From assembly GCA_965277285.1 (NCBI GenBank), contig OZ255721.1:320001-384000 (forward strand): DNA of 64,000 nucleotides, written 5' to 3'. This stretch comes from Abditibacteriaceae bacterium. GTDB lineage: Bacteria > Armatimonadota > Abditibacteriia > Abditibacteriales > Abditibacteriaceae. The stretch's first letter is position 1. Each line of letters starts with the position of its first letter. This document shows, piece after piece, positions 10,188 through 20,171 of this stretch. The notes beneath the pieces were generated by a model. It had not been told where the DNA came from. It worked only from the letters and a program-made list of their open reading frames with translations, and did no database searches. The position numbers were made by a program, and so were the translations under genes.

Positions 10188-10257
10188 TTTGGTCATTCTG
10201 AGTGCAGCGAAGAATCTTGTTGCAGGTAGATTCTTCGCTGCACTCAGAATGACCAAA
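10188..10257. repeat. Intergenic inverted repeat, family C
   Basis: GTCATTCTGAGTGCAGCGAAGAATCT / AGATTCTTCGCTGCACTCAGAATGAC; homolog at 56147-56221. Confidence 0.9.
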
Positions 10258-10286
10258 CTCTTGCTTTCTCGCACCTCTGAAACGCA

Positions 10287-10730
10287 ATGAAGTTCTTTCT
10301 CAATAATTGGCGATTGATGTTTCATCTTGCGTTGGCGTTTGTTATTTTGCCAGTTGCTTTGTGGCGTCTTGATAACCGATTAGATTTTTTGGTGATGCCC
10401 TGGCCGTACTATATTTTTCCAAGCTTTATTTTGTGGCTTGGACTTTTCGTTTTGTATTTCTATGTTGAATATTTAAGGTGCGGTCACTTCATTTATCAGG
10501 ATCATGGCAATAACCTTGTCTATAAAGAACGAGGCAACGGAAACCTAAATTTCTATATCACCTTGAGATATGACGATGAGGAAGTTGGAGGCGCCGATAT
10601 ACATGTAAAATCGGATGATAGATGGAGAAAAGAAATGCCTGACTGGGCAAAAGAGCGCAAGCAAGAGATAGTACAACGACTGCGAAAGAATTCGTTGGAA
10701 GTTGACAGAGTTCAATTCATAGAAATATGA
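10287..10730 (+). CDS. Hypothetical membrane protein (AT-rich orphan)
   Basis: Two N-terminal hydrophobic helices; low GC. Confidence 0.65.
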   Translation: MKFFLNNWRLMFHLALAFVILPVALWRLDNRLDFLVMPWPYYIFPSFILWLGLFVLYFYVEYLRCGHFIYQDHGNNLVYKERGNGNLNFYITLRYDDEEVGGADIHVKSDDRWRKEMPDWAKERKQEIVQRLRKNSLEVDRVQFIEI

Positions 10731-10890
10731 AGCACGCGCTTTCTTTTCCTCTGCATCTCTGCGGTGAATCATTGAAGCATGAAACGCAAACGCAACATCT
10801 TGCAAGGTGACAAAAGCGGTGCATCGCGTCATATTATGGTAGGTATTTTTAAGAACGTGATTTCGAGTACTCGATATTCATAATTTTAGG

Positions 10891-12135
10891 GTGGAGAAAG
10901 CCAATTCGATGAGTTCAAACGAAGAACAAAACCAGAACCCGTTGCACGTTGAAGGACAAGCGCAAAACGGCGAAGCGCCAGCGGAAATCGTTTATGACAA
11001 CGCGCAGGAGCATTCGAGCGCGCACGTCAGCGTGACGACCGATGCCGAAGGCGCGCCGACAGCCGAAACCGCAACGACCGATATGCCGCTTAATACGCAG
11101 CATGGCGTGCCGAAAACCGACTACATCGAGCCGCACGAAGATGCGAACAAAGTCTTCGATTGCACCATCATCGGCGCCGGCCCGACCGGACTTTACGGCG
11201 CCTTCTACGCCGGAATGCGCGAAATGAGCGTCAAAATCATTGATTCGCTGGCCGAAATCGGCGGGCAATTGAACGCGCTTTATCCCGAGAAATACATTTA
11301 CGATGTCGCGGGTTTTCCAGCAGTCAAAGCCAAAGATTTGGTTGCGGCCTGCCAGGAACAAGGTCTTCAATTTGGCCCGACGGTTTGCCTGGGCGAAAAA
11401 GTCGAGACGCTGGAAAAAGGCGAGGACGGCGTTTTTACGCTCACGACCGATAAAGGTACGCACAAAACGCGGACGATTATCATCGCGGCGGGCGTTGGCG
11501 CTTTCACGCCGCGCAAATTGCCCGATGCGCCTGAAGTCGATGGTCTCGAAGGCAAAAGCGTTTTCTATTTTGTCAAAAGTTTCGAGCCTTTCCGCGACAA
11601 GAACTTGCTCATCGTCGGCGGCGGCGATTCGGCTTTGGACTGGTCGCTCAACCTGGAATCCATCGCCAAAAGCATCACTTTGATTCATCGCCGTGATCAG
11701 TGGCGCGCGCACGAAGATTCCGTTAATAAACTGATGAAATCGAGCGTGAACGTGCAAACTTTCCACGAAGTAAAAACCGTTGAACACGACGGCGAAAACA
11801 TCTCCAAAGTCACAATTTTTAACAACAAGACCAAAGAAGAAACCACGCTGGATGTGGACGCGATGATTTTGAGTTTGGGCTTTATCGCCAACATCGGGCC
11901 GATTAAAGAATGGGGTTTGGAAATCGTCGAGGGCGGCGTTTCTGTTAATCCTGGCACGATGGAAACCAACATTCCCGGCGTTTATGCGGCGGGCGATGTG
12001 TCGCGCTACAAAGGCAAGCTGAAACTGATTGCCACGGGTTTTGGTGAAAGTGGCACAGCCGCCAACTTCGCCAAAAACTACATCGACCCGAAATCAAAGG
12101 CGTTCCCCGGCCACTCGTCGGAAAAAGACCATTGA
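10891..12135 (+). CDS. Ferredoxin--NADP(+) reductase (TrxB-like, YumC type)
   Basis: GAGPTGLYGAFYAGMR, GGQLNALYPEKYIYDVAGFP, GGGDSALDW, KLKLIATGFGE; no CXXC. Confidence 0.9.
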   Translation: MEKANSMSSNEEQNQNPLHVEGQAQNGEAPAEIVYDNAQEHSSAHVSVTTDAEGAPTAETATTDMPLNTQHGVPKTDYIEPHEDANKVFDCTIIGAGPTGLYGAFYAGMREMSVKIIDSLAEIGGQLNALYPEKYIYDVAGFPAVKAKDLVAACQEQGLQFGPTVCLGEKVETLEKGEDGVFTLTTDKGTHKTRTIIIAAGVGAFTPRKLPDAPEVDGLEGKSVFYFVKSFEPFRDKNLLIVGGGDSALDWSLNLESIAKSITLIHRRDQWRAHEDSVNKLMKSSVNVQTFHEVKTVEHDGENISKVTIFNNKTKEETTLDVDAMILSLGFIANIGPIKEWGLEIVEGGVSVNPGTMETNIPGVYAAGDVSRYKGKLKLIATGFGESGTAANFAKNYIDPKSKAFPGHSSEKDH

Positions 12136-12153
12136 TTCGAGTACTCGAAATTG

Positions 12154-12184
12154 AAGAGGCGCTTCGTAAGAAGCGCCTCTTTTG
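12154..12184 (+). terminator. Rho-independent terminator
   Basis: AAGAGGCGCTTC-GTAA-GAAGCGCCTCTT followed by T-run. Confidence 0.75.
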
Positions 12185-12201
12185 TTATCTGGAGCAAGGT
12201 T

Positions 12202-12885
12202 ATGGAATCGTGGCAAACGATGTTTGGCGGCGTGCAAAAGATTGTGCGCGACGCCGAAAGTTTTAGCGAAGGTTTAACGAGAACAATTAGCTTGGCGCGT
12301 CGACATCCGGCGCTGTTTGACGAATCGTTCTGGAACGATGTTGATCAAACTCCGCAATGGCCTTATCAAACTTTGATTCGATGGGCTGAAGAAGGATTGG
12401 CCAATTTTCAAAGCGAGGAGTGGAGCGTTCTATTTCTGGATTTGGGCGATGGTCCGGACATCTTCCATTTGTACCAACTTAATTACATAGGTATCTTTAC
12501 GGAAGACAAACTGCGTCCATTAATTCTCTCCGAAACTGTTGTCGGCTACGATGAGTTAGCGGAGTGCTTGGCAGAAAATCATGCTGACTCGGAAACATTT
12601 CTCAGCAGTTGCCCAAGTCGTGAACTCTCTTTTCACCACATCAAGGAACTGCAAGCCCACCGTCTTAATTGGCGACGATTGCCAGGAAATTACAATGGTG
12701 ACAATGGTTATTTGCTGTGGTTAGCTTTTGGCGCACTGGCTTTGATTGAGCCTTTGCGCAACGCCGAAAATTGCCAGAAGTTCTTGGGAAACTGTCCGCG
12801 ACTTTATTTGATGGTTGGCTTTGAAGAAATTTTCTTTTACGCTGGAACTGTAACACCAAATGGTTTGATTTCCGAGACTTCATAA
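12202..12885 (+). CDS. Hypothetical protein (AT-richer orphan)
   Basis: ATG at 12202 after GGAG; stop overlaps next start (TAATG). Confidence 0.65.
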   Translation: MESWQTMFGGVQKIVRDAESFSEGLTRTISLARRHPALFDESFWNDVDQTPQWPYQTLIRWAEEGLANFQSEEWSVLFLDLGDGPDIFHLYQLNYIGIFTEDKLRPLILSETVVGYDELAECLAENHADSETFLSSCPSRELSFHHIKELQAHRLNWRRLPGNYNGDNGYLLWLAFGALALIEPLRNAENCQKFLGNCPRLYLMVGFEEIFFYAGTVTPNGLISETS

Positions 12886-14357
12886 TGCGCCCTTTTCTTC
12901 TCGCGGTTTTTTCCGGCGTTTTGCTCGCGCTCAGTTTGCCGCCGTATGACTTTTCATGGCTGGCGTGGTTCGCGCTGGCGCCGATGTTGGTGGCAGCGCA
13001 AAATCGCAAACCTTTGGAAGCGGCGGGAATTGGTTTGCTCGTCGGCGCGACCTGCGGCTTGATTCAAGCGCGCTGGAGCGGTGGCGCGGCGCTCATCTTT
13101 GCGTGGCTGCCTTTTTTGTGGTTCGCCTTATTGTGCGCTTTGGTCAGCGTCGCGTTTCGTGGCGCGATGGCGAAATGGCAAGCGCAAAGTTCGCTGGCGC
13201 GCGTTTTGTGGGTTGCGTGCGTCGGCGTCGCGGGCGAATGGCTGACGACTTTGACGCCGTTGCCGATCAACTTCGCCGTGACGCAACATCGAGTACTCGA
13301 ACTGATTCAAATCGCCGACATCACGGGAATCTGGGGCGTTTCGTTCCTGTTGTGGTTCGCCAACGCCGCGATTGCGAACGCAATTGTGTTTCGTAAACGC
13401 GAAATGCGACGCGCGCAGATTACACCGCTGGCAACTTGCGCGCTGTTGATTTTAATTTCGTTCGCATACTCGATGAACGTTCTGTCACATCCGCCAACCA
13501 CGAAAACAGTACGCGTTGCAGCGATTCAGGATTTCAACGCGGACGAGGTGCAAAATGTGGCGCCAAATGCGCGTTCGAGTACTCGAAATGGCTCCACAAT
13601 CTCGCGCGAAACGATGACGCGCGAAGTCGCCAAAAGTGGCGCGCAGCTTGTTGTGTGGTCGGAAAATTGTCTGGGAACGGATTTCGACGCGAGGTCAAAT
13701 AAAGACGCGACGAAACTGCTGGCGCGCGAACTGAAGATTTTTCTGGTTCCTGGCTACACTGATTCGTTCGGCGAAAAACAAACCAATTGTGCCGCGATCA
13801 TCAATCCCAATGGCGAAGTTGTCGGCGTGCATCGCAAGATTCATTTATTTTTGGCTGAGCGCAGTTCGACGCAAGCCGGAACTCAAGCGACCAGTTTCCC
13901 AACTTCGCTTGGCAAAATTGGTATGGCGATTTGCTTCGATACGTGCTGGACGAATATTTTGCGCGAAGAAACGCAAAGAGGCGCGCAAATTATCGCCATG
14001 CCGAACTTCGACCCGCCGGTTCCGCGCGGCGTTGTGCATCTTTTGCACGGCGCGATGTTGCCCTTTCGCGCGGTGGAAAACCGTGTTCCCATTGTGCGCG
14101 CCGACCCGAATGGACAATCGGGAACCGTTGACGCACAAGGTCGCGTACTCGAAATCGCGCCGATGTGGAAATCAGCGACCGAAGTTTGTGATGTTCACTT
14201 GGGCGACGGTCACGCGACCTTTTTCGCACAAAACGGCGACTGGTTGGCCTGGCTTTGTGTTGTATGCGCGTGCGCTGGCCTGGTTTGGAAGTTGAATTTA
14301 AAGCAGCGAGCACGACCGAGTAAGAAAAATTGTTCTTCAGGAGAAGTGCCATTGTGA
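12885..14357 (+). CDS. lnt: Apolipoprotein N-acyltransferase-like protein (membrane domain plus nitrilase fold)
   Basis: SGVLLALSLPP, LIQIADITGIWGVSF, catalytic E-K-C contexts VVWSE/HRKIHL/ICFD, FRAVENR. Confidence 0.8.
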   Translation: MRPFLLAVFSGVLLALSLPPYDFSWLAWFALAPMLVAAQNRKPLEAAGIGLLVGATCGLIQARWSGGAALIFAWLPFLWFALLCALVSVAFRGAMAKWQAQSSLARVLWVACVGVAGEWLTTLTPLPINFAVTQHRVLELIQIADITGIWGVSFLLWFANAAIANAIVFRKREMRRAQITPLATCALLILISFAYSMNVLSHPPTTKTVRVAAIQDFNADEVQNVAPNARSSTRNGSTISRETMTREVAKSGAQLVVWSENCLGTDFDARSNKDATKLLARELKIFLVPGYTDSFGEKQTNCAAIINPNGEVVGVHRKIHLFLAERSSTQAGTQATSFPTSLGKIGMAICFDTCWTNILREETQRGAQIIAMPNFDPPVPRGVVHLLHGAMLPFRAVENRVPIVRADPNGQSGTVDAQGRVLEIAPMWKSATEVCDVHLGDGHATFFAQNGDWLAWLCVVCACAGLVWKLNLKQRARPSKKNCSSGEVPL

Positions 14358-14780
14358 CATTGCAGTGTGATATGGAATATAATTCTCACACACAATTCCA
14401 AATGATATAACGTCGTCTCTCCTCGGTTTTATGGCCGAAAAAGGTTGGGAGTTTTATGAAGTCACATATTGTTCGTTGTTATTTTTGTGATTGCTGTTAC
14501 AATGGCGACCGAAAATCGCGTTGTTATAAATGTGGCGCGCAACAAAGTCGTATGAAACTATCCCAACGTGTTCGCTATTCGATACGCCAAATCGTACGCC
14601 GGTTCCTCTGTTCACGGATGCCGTAAATAAAAATTCCCGCGATAAGCTTGCGCCCAGCGTGAGGTTTGCGCTTCACGCCTGGAACACTTTGAGTTCATAG
14701 AAACGCAGCGATCCGCAGAATATTTTGCGGAAACGGAATACAAAACCCCACACTCAAACAGGGCGGGTTTTGTGTGGCGA

Positions 14781-15497
14781 TCAATGTTGTTGTTTCACTT
14801 CTTCGCCCAGTTTCGCTATTTCCTGCATTGTTCGATCAACAATCGTCTGCAAGGTGGCGCGGTCGCCTTTGCGCGCGTATTCTTCCTCGAAATATAATGG
14901 TTCGCCGAACACAACGCGCGTTTTGAACAATCGAACGCCACCACGCAGCGGTGAAAGCGCATTTTGTGTTCCTTCCAAGTACATTGGCACAATCGGCGCT
15001 TTGCTCGAGTGCGCGATCATCGCCAGACCGATTTCACCTTCGCCCAGTTTGCCGGTGCGCGTGCGCGTTCCTTCAGGGAAAATCACTAAAACTTCGCCGC
15101 TTTCGAGTACTCGAAGTGCGCGCCGAATCGCGCGACGGTCGGGCGCGCCGCGCTTGACGGGAAAGGTCGCCATGTGCTGAATAATGTACGGAAAAATCTT
15201 TAGCCCGAACCATTTTTTGTTGAAAAGTTCAGCTTTGCCCATCGTGGTGACGCGGCGTGGGCTGGCGCAACCGACCAAAGGCGGATCGAAGAGCGACGCG
15301 TGATTGGGCGCTAAAATGACGGCGCCCGTTTTCGGCACACGCTCGCGGTGCAACAATTTCCAACCGCCCAAGCGAAACCATTGCGTGAACAGCCAGGTCA
15401 TCGTGTAATAAATCCAGTCGTGGATTGGTACGATTTCCGGCTCGGCAGTTTTCACTTTGGTCGAAACGCTCTCCGTGTTTTTCGATGGTTCGCTCAT
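14781..15497 (-). CDS. plsC: 1-acyl-sn-glycerol-3-phosphate acyltransferase
   Basis: NHASLFD (NHxxxxD) and FPEGTR motifs; follows cmk. Confidence 0.9.
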   Translation of the reverse strand: MSEPSKNTESVSTKVKTAEPEIVPIHDWIYYTMTWLFTQWFRLGGWKLLHRERVPKTGAVILAPNHASLFDPPLVGCASPRRVTTMGKAELFNKKWFGLKIFPYIIQHMATFPVKRGAPDRRAIRRALRVLESGEVLVIFPEGTRTRTGKLGEGEIGLAMIAHSSKAPIVPMYLEGTQNALSPLRGGVRLFKTRVVFGEPLYFEEEYARKGDRATLQTIVDRTMQEIAKLGEEVKQQH

Positions 15498-15528
15498 GCA
15501 GTTTTGTGTGATTTACAAGAGGTGCATT

Positions 15529-15612
15529 CACGAACTCGGAGCGTAAGCAACGGGTGAATTGACAGTTTGATGTCGCTTTTAATTCACCCGTCGCTCACGC
15601 TCCGAGTTCGTG
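15529..15612. repeat. Intergenic inverted repeat, family B
   Basis: CGAACTCGGAGCGTAAGCAACGGGTGAATT / AATTCACCCGTCGCTCACGCTCCGAGTTCG. Confidence 0.85.
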
Positions 15613-15633
15613 GGTTTCAATCGCGCGTGGCTT

Positions 15634-16299
15634 CTAACTCAGCCTCGTTTGAATCAAGCGCGCGATTTGTTCGACGACTTCGTCCGGCGACAACTCGTCG
15701 GTTGAAATCGTCACGGCGTCTGGCGCGGCGCGTAGTGGCGCCACTTCCCGATTACTGTCGCGCTGATCGCGGTTTTCAATGTCACGCCGCGCGTCGTCTG
15801 GCGAGCAGCTTTCATCGTTCCATTGTTCCAAACGCCGCGCGCTTCGTGTACTCGATTCGGCTGTCAGAAAGATTTTAATTTCGGCGTCAGGAAAAACCAC
15901 GGTTTGAATATCGCGGCCTTCCAAAACCGCGCCGCCGCACGACGTTTCGCTTTCGCGCGCAATGCGACGTTGCAATTCCACCATCTTCTCGCGCACGCGC
16001 GGCAACGCACTAATCTTCGATGTTAGCTCGCCTATTTGCGGCGTGCGAATTTCGTCACTCACGTCGCGCTCGCCGATGAAGATTTTTGCGCCGTTTTCTT
16101 CCAATCGCAGCGGCAAACTTTGGGCGATTTCGCTCAGCGCTTTTTCATCGCTATCGAGTACTCGATGTTCGTGCGCTGTCAGTGCAATCGCGCGATACAT
16201 GGCGCCGGTATCGATATAAGCCCAGCCGAAACGACTGGCGACGGCGCGCGCCGTGGTGCTTTTTCCCGCACCGGCTGGCCCATCAATGGCGACGATCAT
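15634..16299 (-). CDS. cmk: Cytidylate kinase
   Basis: AIDGPAGAGKST, YIDTGAMYRA, EGRDIQTVVFPDA. Confidence 0.95.
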   Translation of the reverse strand: MIVAIDGPAGAGKSTTARAVASRFGWAYIDTGAMYRAIALTAHEHRVLDSDEKALSEIAQSLPLRLEENGAKIFIGERDVSDEIRTPQIGELTSKISALPRVREKMVELQRRIARESETSCGGAVLEGRDIQTVVFPDAEIKIFLTAESSTRSARRLEQWNDESCSPDDARRDIENRDQRDSNREVAPLRAAPDAVTISTDELSPDEVVEQIARLIQTRLS

Positions 16300-16374
16300 T
16301 CTTTATCTTCCTCATCTACAAGAGCACTGGAAATTATGTTTTCGCAAGCGTAATGTTTAGAAAATATCCATTCG

Positions 16375-16587
16375 TTACTCTTCGCTTCCAATATCTTCCC
16401 AGAGCAAGACAGGTTTGATCATACATTCTTTCATCAATTGTAAAGTACCGGCCAATCCTTCAATGGAATACCCGATTACCTTCGCTGGTTCCTTGCTCAC
16501 TCCTTTAACGTGTCCCTGAAGGTCATAGTAAACAGAGTAAATGCTTACCGCCTCATTTCTTTGAACCACTCGATAATTCCAGGTCAT
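16375..16587 (-). CDS. Small hypothetical protein (AT-rich orphan inside the aro-cmk operon)
   Basis: 70-aa ORF MTWNYRVV...YSVYYD; AGGA RBS. Confidence 0.6.
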   Translation of the reverse strand: MTWNYRVVQRNEAVSIYSVYYDLQGHVKGVSKEPAKVIGYSIEGLAGTLQLMKECMIKPVLLWEDIGSEE

Positions 16588-16676
16588 TGATTTTCCTAAT
16601 CTTCAATTTTGCATCGAGTTGATGCCACAACTTCGAGAAACCGATGCAAATTTCGGGTTTGTTGTTTCTTCAACGA

Positions 16677-17963
16677 TCACGACTTGACCTCGCTTAGCAA
16701 ATCGAAGAAGTTGGGGAACGAACTGGTTACGGCATTTGCGTTTTCTAAAGTTGTTTCACCTTCGGCAATCAATGATGCAATTGCCAACGTCATCGCAATG
16801 CGATGGTCGCCGGGCGGAGAAACGACGTGTGCGCCGGTGAGTTTGGTCGGGCCGGAAACCGTCATGCCGTCTCCGTGTTCCTCTATTTTCGCGCCCAGCT
16901 TGCGCAGTTCCTGCGAAATTATGGCGATACGGTCGCTTTCTTTGACACGCATTTCCTGTGCATCACGAATGATAGTTTCGCCTTCGCATTGCGTCGCCAA
17001 AAGCGCCAAAACGGGCAGTTCATCGATCAAGCGCGGAATCAAACTTCCGCCGATTTCGGTCGCTCTCAGTTGACCGCCGCGAATTGTCACGTCCGCAATT
17101 GGTTCGCCGCCGCTTTCGCGTTCGTTTTCAATAACGACGTTGGCGCCCATCGCTTGCAAAACGTCCAAAACACCGGTTCGCGTCGGATTTACGCCACAAT
17201 CGAGTACTCGAATCTCGAAATTGGGACGCAAAGCGGCTGCCACGAAAAAGAACGCAGCAGATGAAATGTCGCCGGGAACCTGAACATCGGTCGCCGTTAA
17301 TTGAGCGCCGCCTTCGACGGAAACGCGATTTTCGTTTTGACGAACTTCGACGCCAAAAGCGCGCAACATTCGCTCGGTGTGATCGCGCGCGGGCGAAGGT
17401 TCGATAACTGTTGTCGTGCCGCGCGCCTGCAAACCGGCCAGCAAAACACACGATTTGACTTGCGCCGACGCAACTGGCATTTGGTACTCGATGCCGTGTA
17501 AATCACCGCCGCGAACGTTGAGCGGTGGCGTGTTTTTGTCGCCTTGACCAGAAACTTGCGCGCCCATTTGCGCAAGAGGAATGCGCACGCGATCCATCGG
17601 GCGGCGCGACAAAGACGCATCGCCGCCCAGAGTTGATTCAAACTTTTGTCCCGCCAAAACGCCCAGCAAAAGCCGCATCGTCGTGCCGCTGTTGCCGCAG
17701 TCGAGTACTCGATTTGGAGTTTCCAAACCGTCAAATCCTCGCCCTTCGACAACGATTTCGCTGTTTTCGTGCTGAATCAAAACGCCCAAAGCGCGCAGGC
17801 AACTCAAGGTCGCCTGCGTGTCGTGCGCGTGCAAAAAGCCGGAGATGTGCGTCGTGCCGTGCGCAATTGCGCCAAAAATCGCGGCGCGATGCGAAACCGA
17901 TTTGTCGCCCAGCACGCGCACTTCGCCGCGAATCTGTGTTGTGGGTTGAAGTTTAAGAATCAT
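16677..17963 (-). CDS. aroA: 3-phosphoshikimate 1-carboxyvinyltransferase (EPSP synthase)
   Basis: GDKSVSHRA, DCGNSGTTMRL, SAQVKS, RDHTERML, RVKESDRI, DHRIAM. Confidence 0.95.
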   Translation of the reverse strand: MILKLQPTTQIRGEVRVLGDKSVSHRAAIFGAIAHGTTHISGFLHAHDTQATLSCLRALGVLIQHENSEIVVEGRGFDGLETPNRVLDCGNSGTTMRLLLGVLAGQKFESTLGGDASLSRRPMDRVRIPLAQMGAQVSGQGDKNTPPLNVRGGDLHGIEYQMPVASAQVKSCVLLAGLQARGTTTVIEPSPARDHTERMLRAFGVEVRQNENRVSVEGGAQLTATDVQVPGDISSAAFFFVAAALRPNFEIRVLDCGVNPTRTGVLDVLQAMGANVVIENERESGGEPIADVTIRGGQLRATEIGGSLIPRLIDELPVLALLATQCEGETIIRDAQEMRVKESDRIAIISQELRKLGAKIEEHGDGMTVSGPTKLTGAHVVSPPGDHRIAMTLAIASLIAEGETTLENANAVTSSFPNFFDLLSEVKS

Positions 17964-17965
17964 GG

Positions 17966-18044
17966 TGTAGGAGCGAGGCATGCCTCGCCCACTGTAACAT
18001 ATCGAGTACTCGGACAATAGGGCGAGGCATGCCTCGCCCCTACA
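17966..18044. repeat. GTAG-type REP doublet, family A variant, with a palindrome copy in the spacer
   Basis: TGTAGGAGCGAGGCATGCCTCGCCC ... GGGCGAGGCATGCCTCGCCCCTACA. Confidence 0.85.
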
Positions 18045-18072
18045 TTTGGTTTGCGATGGGACTGAACTTGTT

Positions 18073-18951
18073 TCATTTGGCGGCGCGTGGGAAATAGCCA
18101 GTTTTGCGGCGTTGCGCGGCGGCTTGGTCGAACCATTCGAGCAACTCGTCGCTTTCACGCGCTGATAACATATCGCGCACGCTTTGCAGTTCTTCAATGA
18201 AGTCGTCCAACGATTTAGTCAAAGACGGCGCGTTCGCCAGCGAAATATCGCGCCACATTTCGGCGCTGCCGGCTGCGATGCGCGTCGAATCGCGCCAACC
18301 TGTCGCAATTAATTGCGATGCAACCTCGCTTTCATTTTTCGCATTGCTGAACAAATGCACCAGCGCGGCTGCAGTAATATGCGGCAAATGACTTGTCACC
18401 GCCAGCAATTGATCGTGCGCCGTTGCGTTCAGCAAAAGCGGTTGTGCGCCAAGGCCTTCAACCAGCGCCAGCAATTGATTGACAACAGGCGGCGGCGTGT
18501 CGGCATTAGGCGTTAAAACCCAGGTCGCGCCTTCAAATAAATCGCTGCGTGCCGCCTCGACGCCCGTCCGTTCGCTGCCTGCCATCGGATGTCCGCCGAC
18601 GAAATACGCTTTGGGAGAAAAAAGTTGCGTGCATTCGCGCATGATTTGCGCTTTAGTCGAACCAGCATCGGTGATGATCGCGTCGGCGCGTACAACTGGC
18701 GCGATTTGCGCGCATAAAGACGCCATTTGTCCAACCGGCGGCGCCATAAAAACCAGATCGGCGTCACGTACTGCTTCCATCAAGTTAGTTGACGCGCTAT
18801 CAACCGCGCCTTTTTCCAAAGCCAGGCGCGCGGTTTCTTCGCGTCGTACGGCGCCTACGACATGGCGCGCCAAGCCGCGTTCGCGCACGGCCTGCCCGAA
18901 ACTGCCGCCGATGAGACCAACGCCGACGATGCAAACCGTGTCGAAAAGCAT
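18073..18951 (-). CDS. tyrA: Prephenate/arogenate dehydrogenase
   Basis: GVGLIGGS, TDAGSTK, GGHPMAGSE, SHLPH, DSTRIA. Confidence 0.93.
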   Translation of the reverse strand: MLFDTVCIVGVGLIGGSFGQAVRERGLARHVVGAVRREETARLALEKGAVDSASTNLMEAVRDADLVFMAPPVGQMASLCAQIAPVVRADAIITDAGSTKAQIMRECTQLFSPKAYFVGGHPMAGSERTGVEAARSDLFEGATWVLTPNADTPPPVVNQLLALVEGLGAQPLLLNATAHDQLLAVTSHLPHITAAALVHLFSNAKNESEVASQLIATGWRDSTRIAAGSAEMWRDISLANAPSLTKSLDDFIEELQSVRDMLSARESDELLEWFDQAAAQRRKTGYFPRAAK

Positions 18952-18964
18952 AGGTGCAAGGGGA

Positions 18965-19043
18965 AAGGGATGAGTAGAAAGGGACGAGGATGAGTAATCA
19001 AACGCCGCTTAACTCATCCCTCATCCCTTTCTACTCATCCCTT
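18965..19043. repeat. Inverted repeat built of GGATGAG units, family G
   Basis: AAGGGATGAGTAGAAAGGGACGAGG / CCTCATCCCTTTCTACTCATCCCTT. Confidence 0.8.
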
Positions 19044-20088
19044 AAATGGTTCGTCCGACCGCGTGCGCAATCGGTTTCAGTTCGCTCATCATTTGCGCGA
19101 ATTGGCAGGTGTCGAGTGTTTGCTGGCCGTCACTCATGGCGTCTTCGGGGTGCGGATGCACTTCGATAATCAGGCCATCGGCGCCGCACGCGACAGCCGC
19201 TTTGCTCATCGCTGAAATCATGTCGCGGCGTCCGGTGCCCTGGCTCGGGTCAATGATAATCGGCAAATGAGAGGCTTTCTTAATCGCCGGAACCGCGCTC
19301 AAATCGAGCGTGAATCGAGTACTCGGTTCGTAGGTGCGAATGCCGCGCTCGCAAAACATGACGTTTGGGTTGCCACCGGCCAGAATATATTCCGCCGCTT
19401 TGAGCCATTCTTCAATGGTCGCCGCCAGGCCGCGTTTCAGCATCACGGGCGTGCGCGATTTGCCGCATTCGCGCAGCAAATCGTAGTTTTGCATATTGCG
19501 CGCGCCGATTTGTAGCACATCGGCGTATTCGCAAACCGTTTCGACCAAGCTCGGCGTCATCACTTCGGTAATGACCGGCATTCCGGTCGCGCGGCGCGCT
19601 TCCGCTAAATATTGCAAACCTTCGACGCCCAAACCCTGAAAGTCATATGGACTGGTGCGTGGCTTGTAAGCGCCGCCACGCAAGACCGTCGCGCCATTTT
19701 TGTGAACCGATTGCGCGGTTTCCAGCAATTGATCGTGGTTTTCGACGCTGCACGGCCCGGCCATGATGACCAGTTTTTCGCCGCCAACGAGTACGCGATT
19801 GCCACCGTCTTTGCCGCCGATTTCAAAAGCCGTGCTTTTTCCGCCGTGACTTTCGCGCGAAACCAACTTGTAAGGTTTCGAGACGAACATCACTTTTTCG
19901 ACCGCGTTCAACGCTTGCAACTGCGGCGCGACAACCGATTTTTCATCGACGTGCGGCGTGCCCAAAGCCGCGATTACGACATCTTCGACGCCACGCGTCA
20001 CGTTCGGCTGGTAGCCATGAACCTTCAGTTTTTCTTCGATCTGCGCGATTTCTTTGTCCGTCGCGCCATGTTTCAAAATAATAATCAC
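19042..20088 (-). CDS. aroF: 3-deoxy-7-phosphoheptulonate (DAHP) synthase, type I-beta
   Basis: GTG start with [42 protein letters not shown]. Confidence 0.93.
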   Translation of the reverse strand: MIIILKHGATDKEIAQIEEKLKVHGYQPNVTRGVEDVVIAALGTPHVDEKSVVAPQLQALNAVEKVMFVSKPYKLVSRESHGGKSTAFEIGGKDGGNRVLVGGEKLVIMAGPCSVENHDQLLETAQSVHKNGATVLRGGAYKPRTSPYDFQGLGVEGLQYLAEARRATGMPVITEVMTPSLVETVCEYADVLQIGARNMQNYDLLRECGKSRTPVMLKRGLAATIEEWLKAAEYILAGGNPNVMFCERGIRTYEPSTRFTLDLSAVPAIKKASHLPIIIDPSQGTGRRDMISAMSKAAVACGADGLIIEVHPHPEDAMSDGQQTLDTCQFAQMMSELKPIAHAVGRTI

Positions 20089-20120
20089 AGTTTCCTCGTT
20101 CAATTTTCGACAAGTAAAAC

Positions 20121-20148
20121 GTACGGGCGCATCGCAATGCCCCCGTAC
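20121..20148. repeat. Single REP-like hairpin (GTAC/GTAG type)
   Basis: GTACGGGCGCATCGCAATGCCCCCGTAC; similar to 50438 and 57318. Confidence 0.6.
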
Positions 20149-20171
20149 AAATATCCAGCATTTCAAGGTCG

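Noticed and set aside
16375..16587. Prophage remnant
   Set aside because: One small orphan only; no integrase, att site or other phage genes
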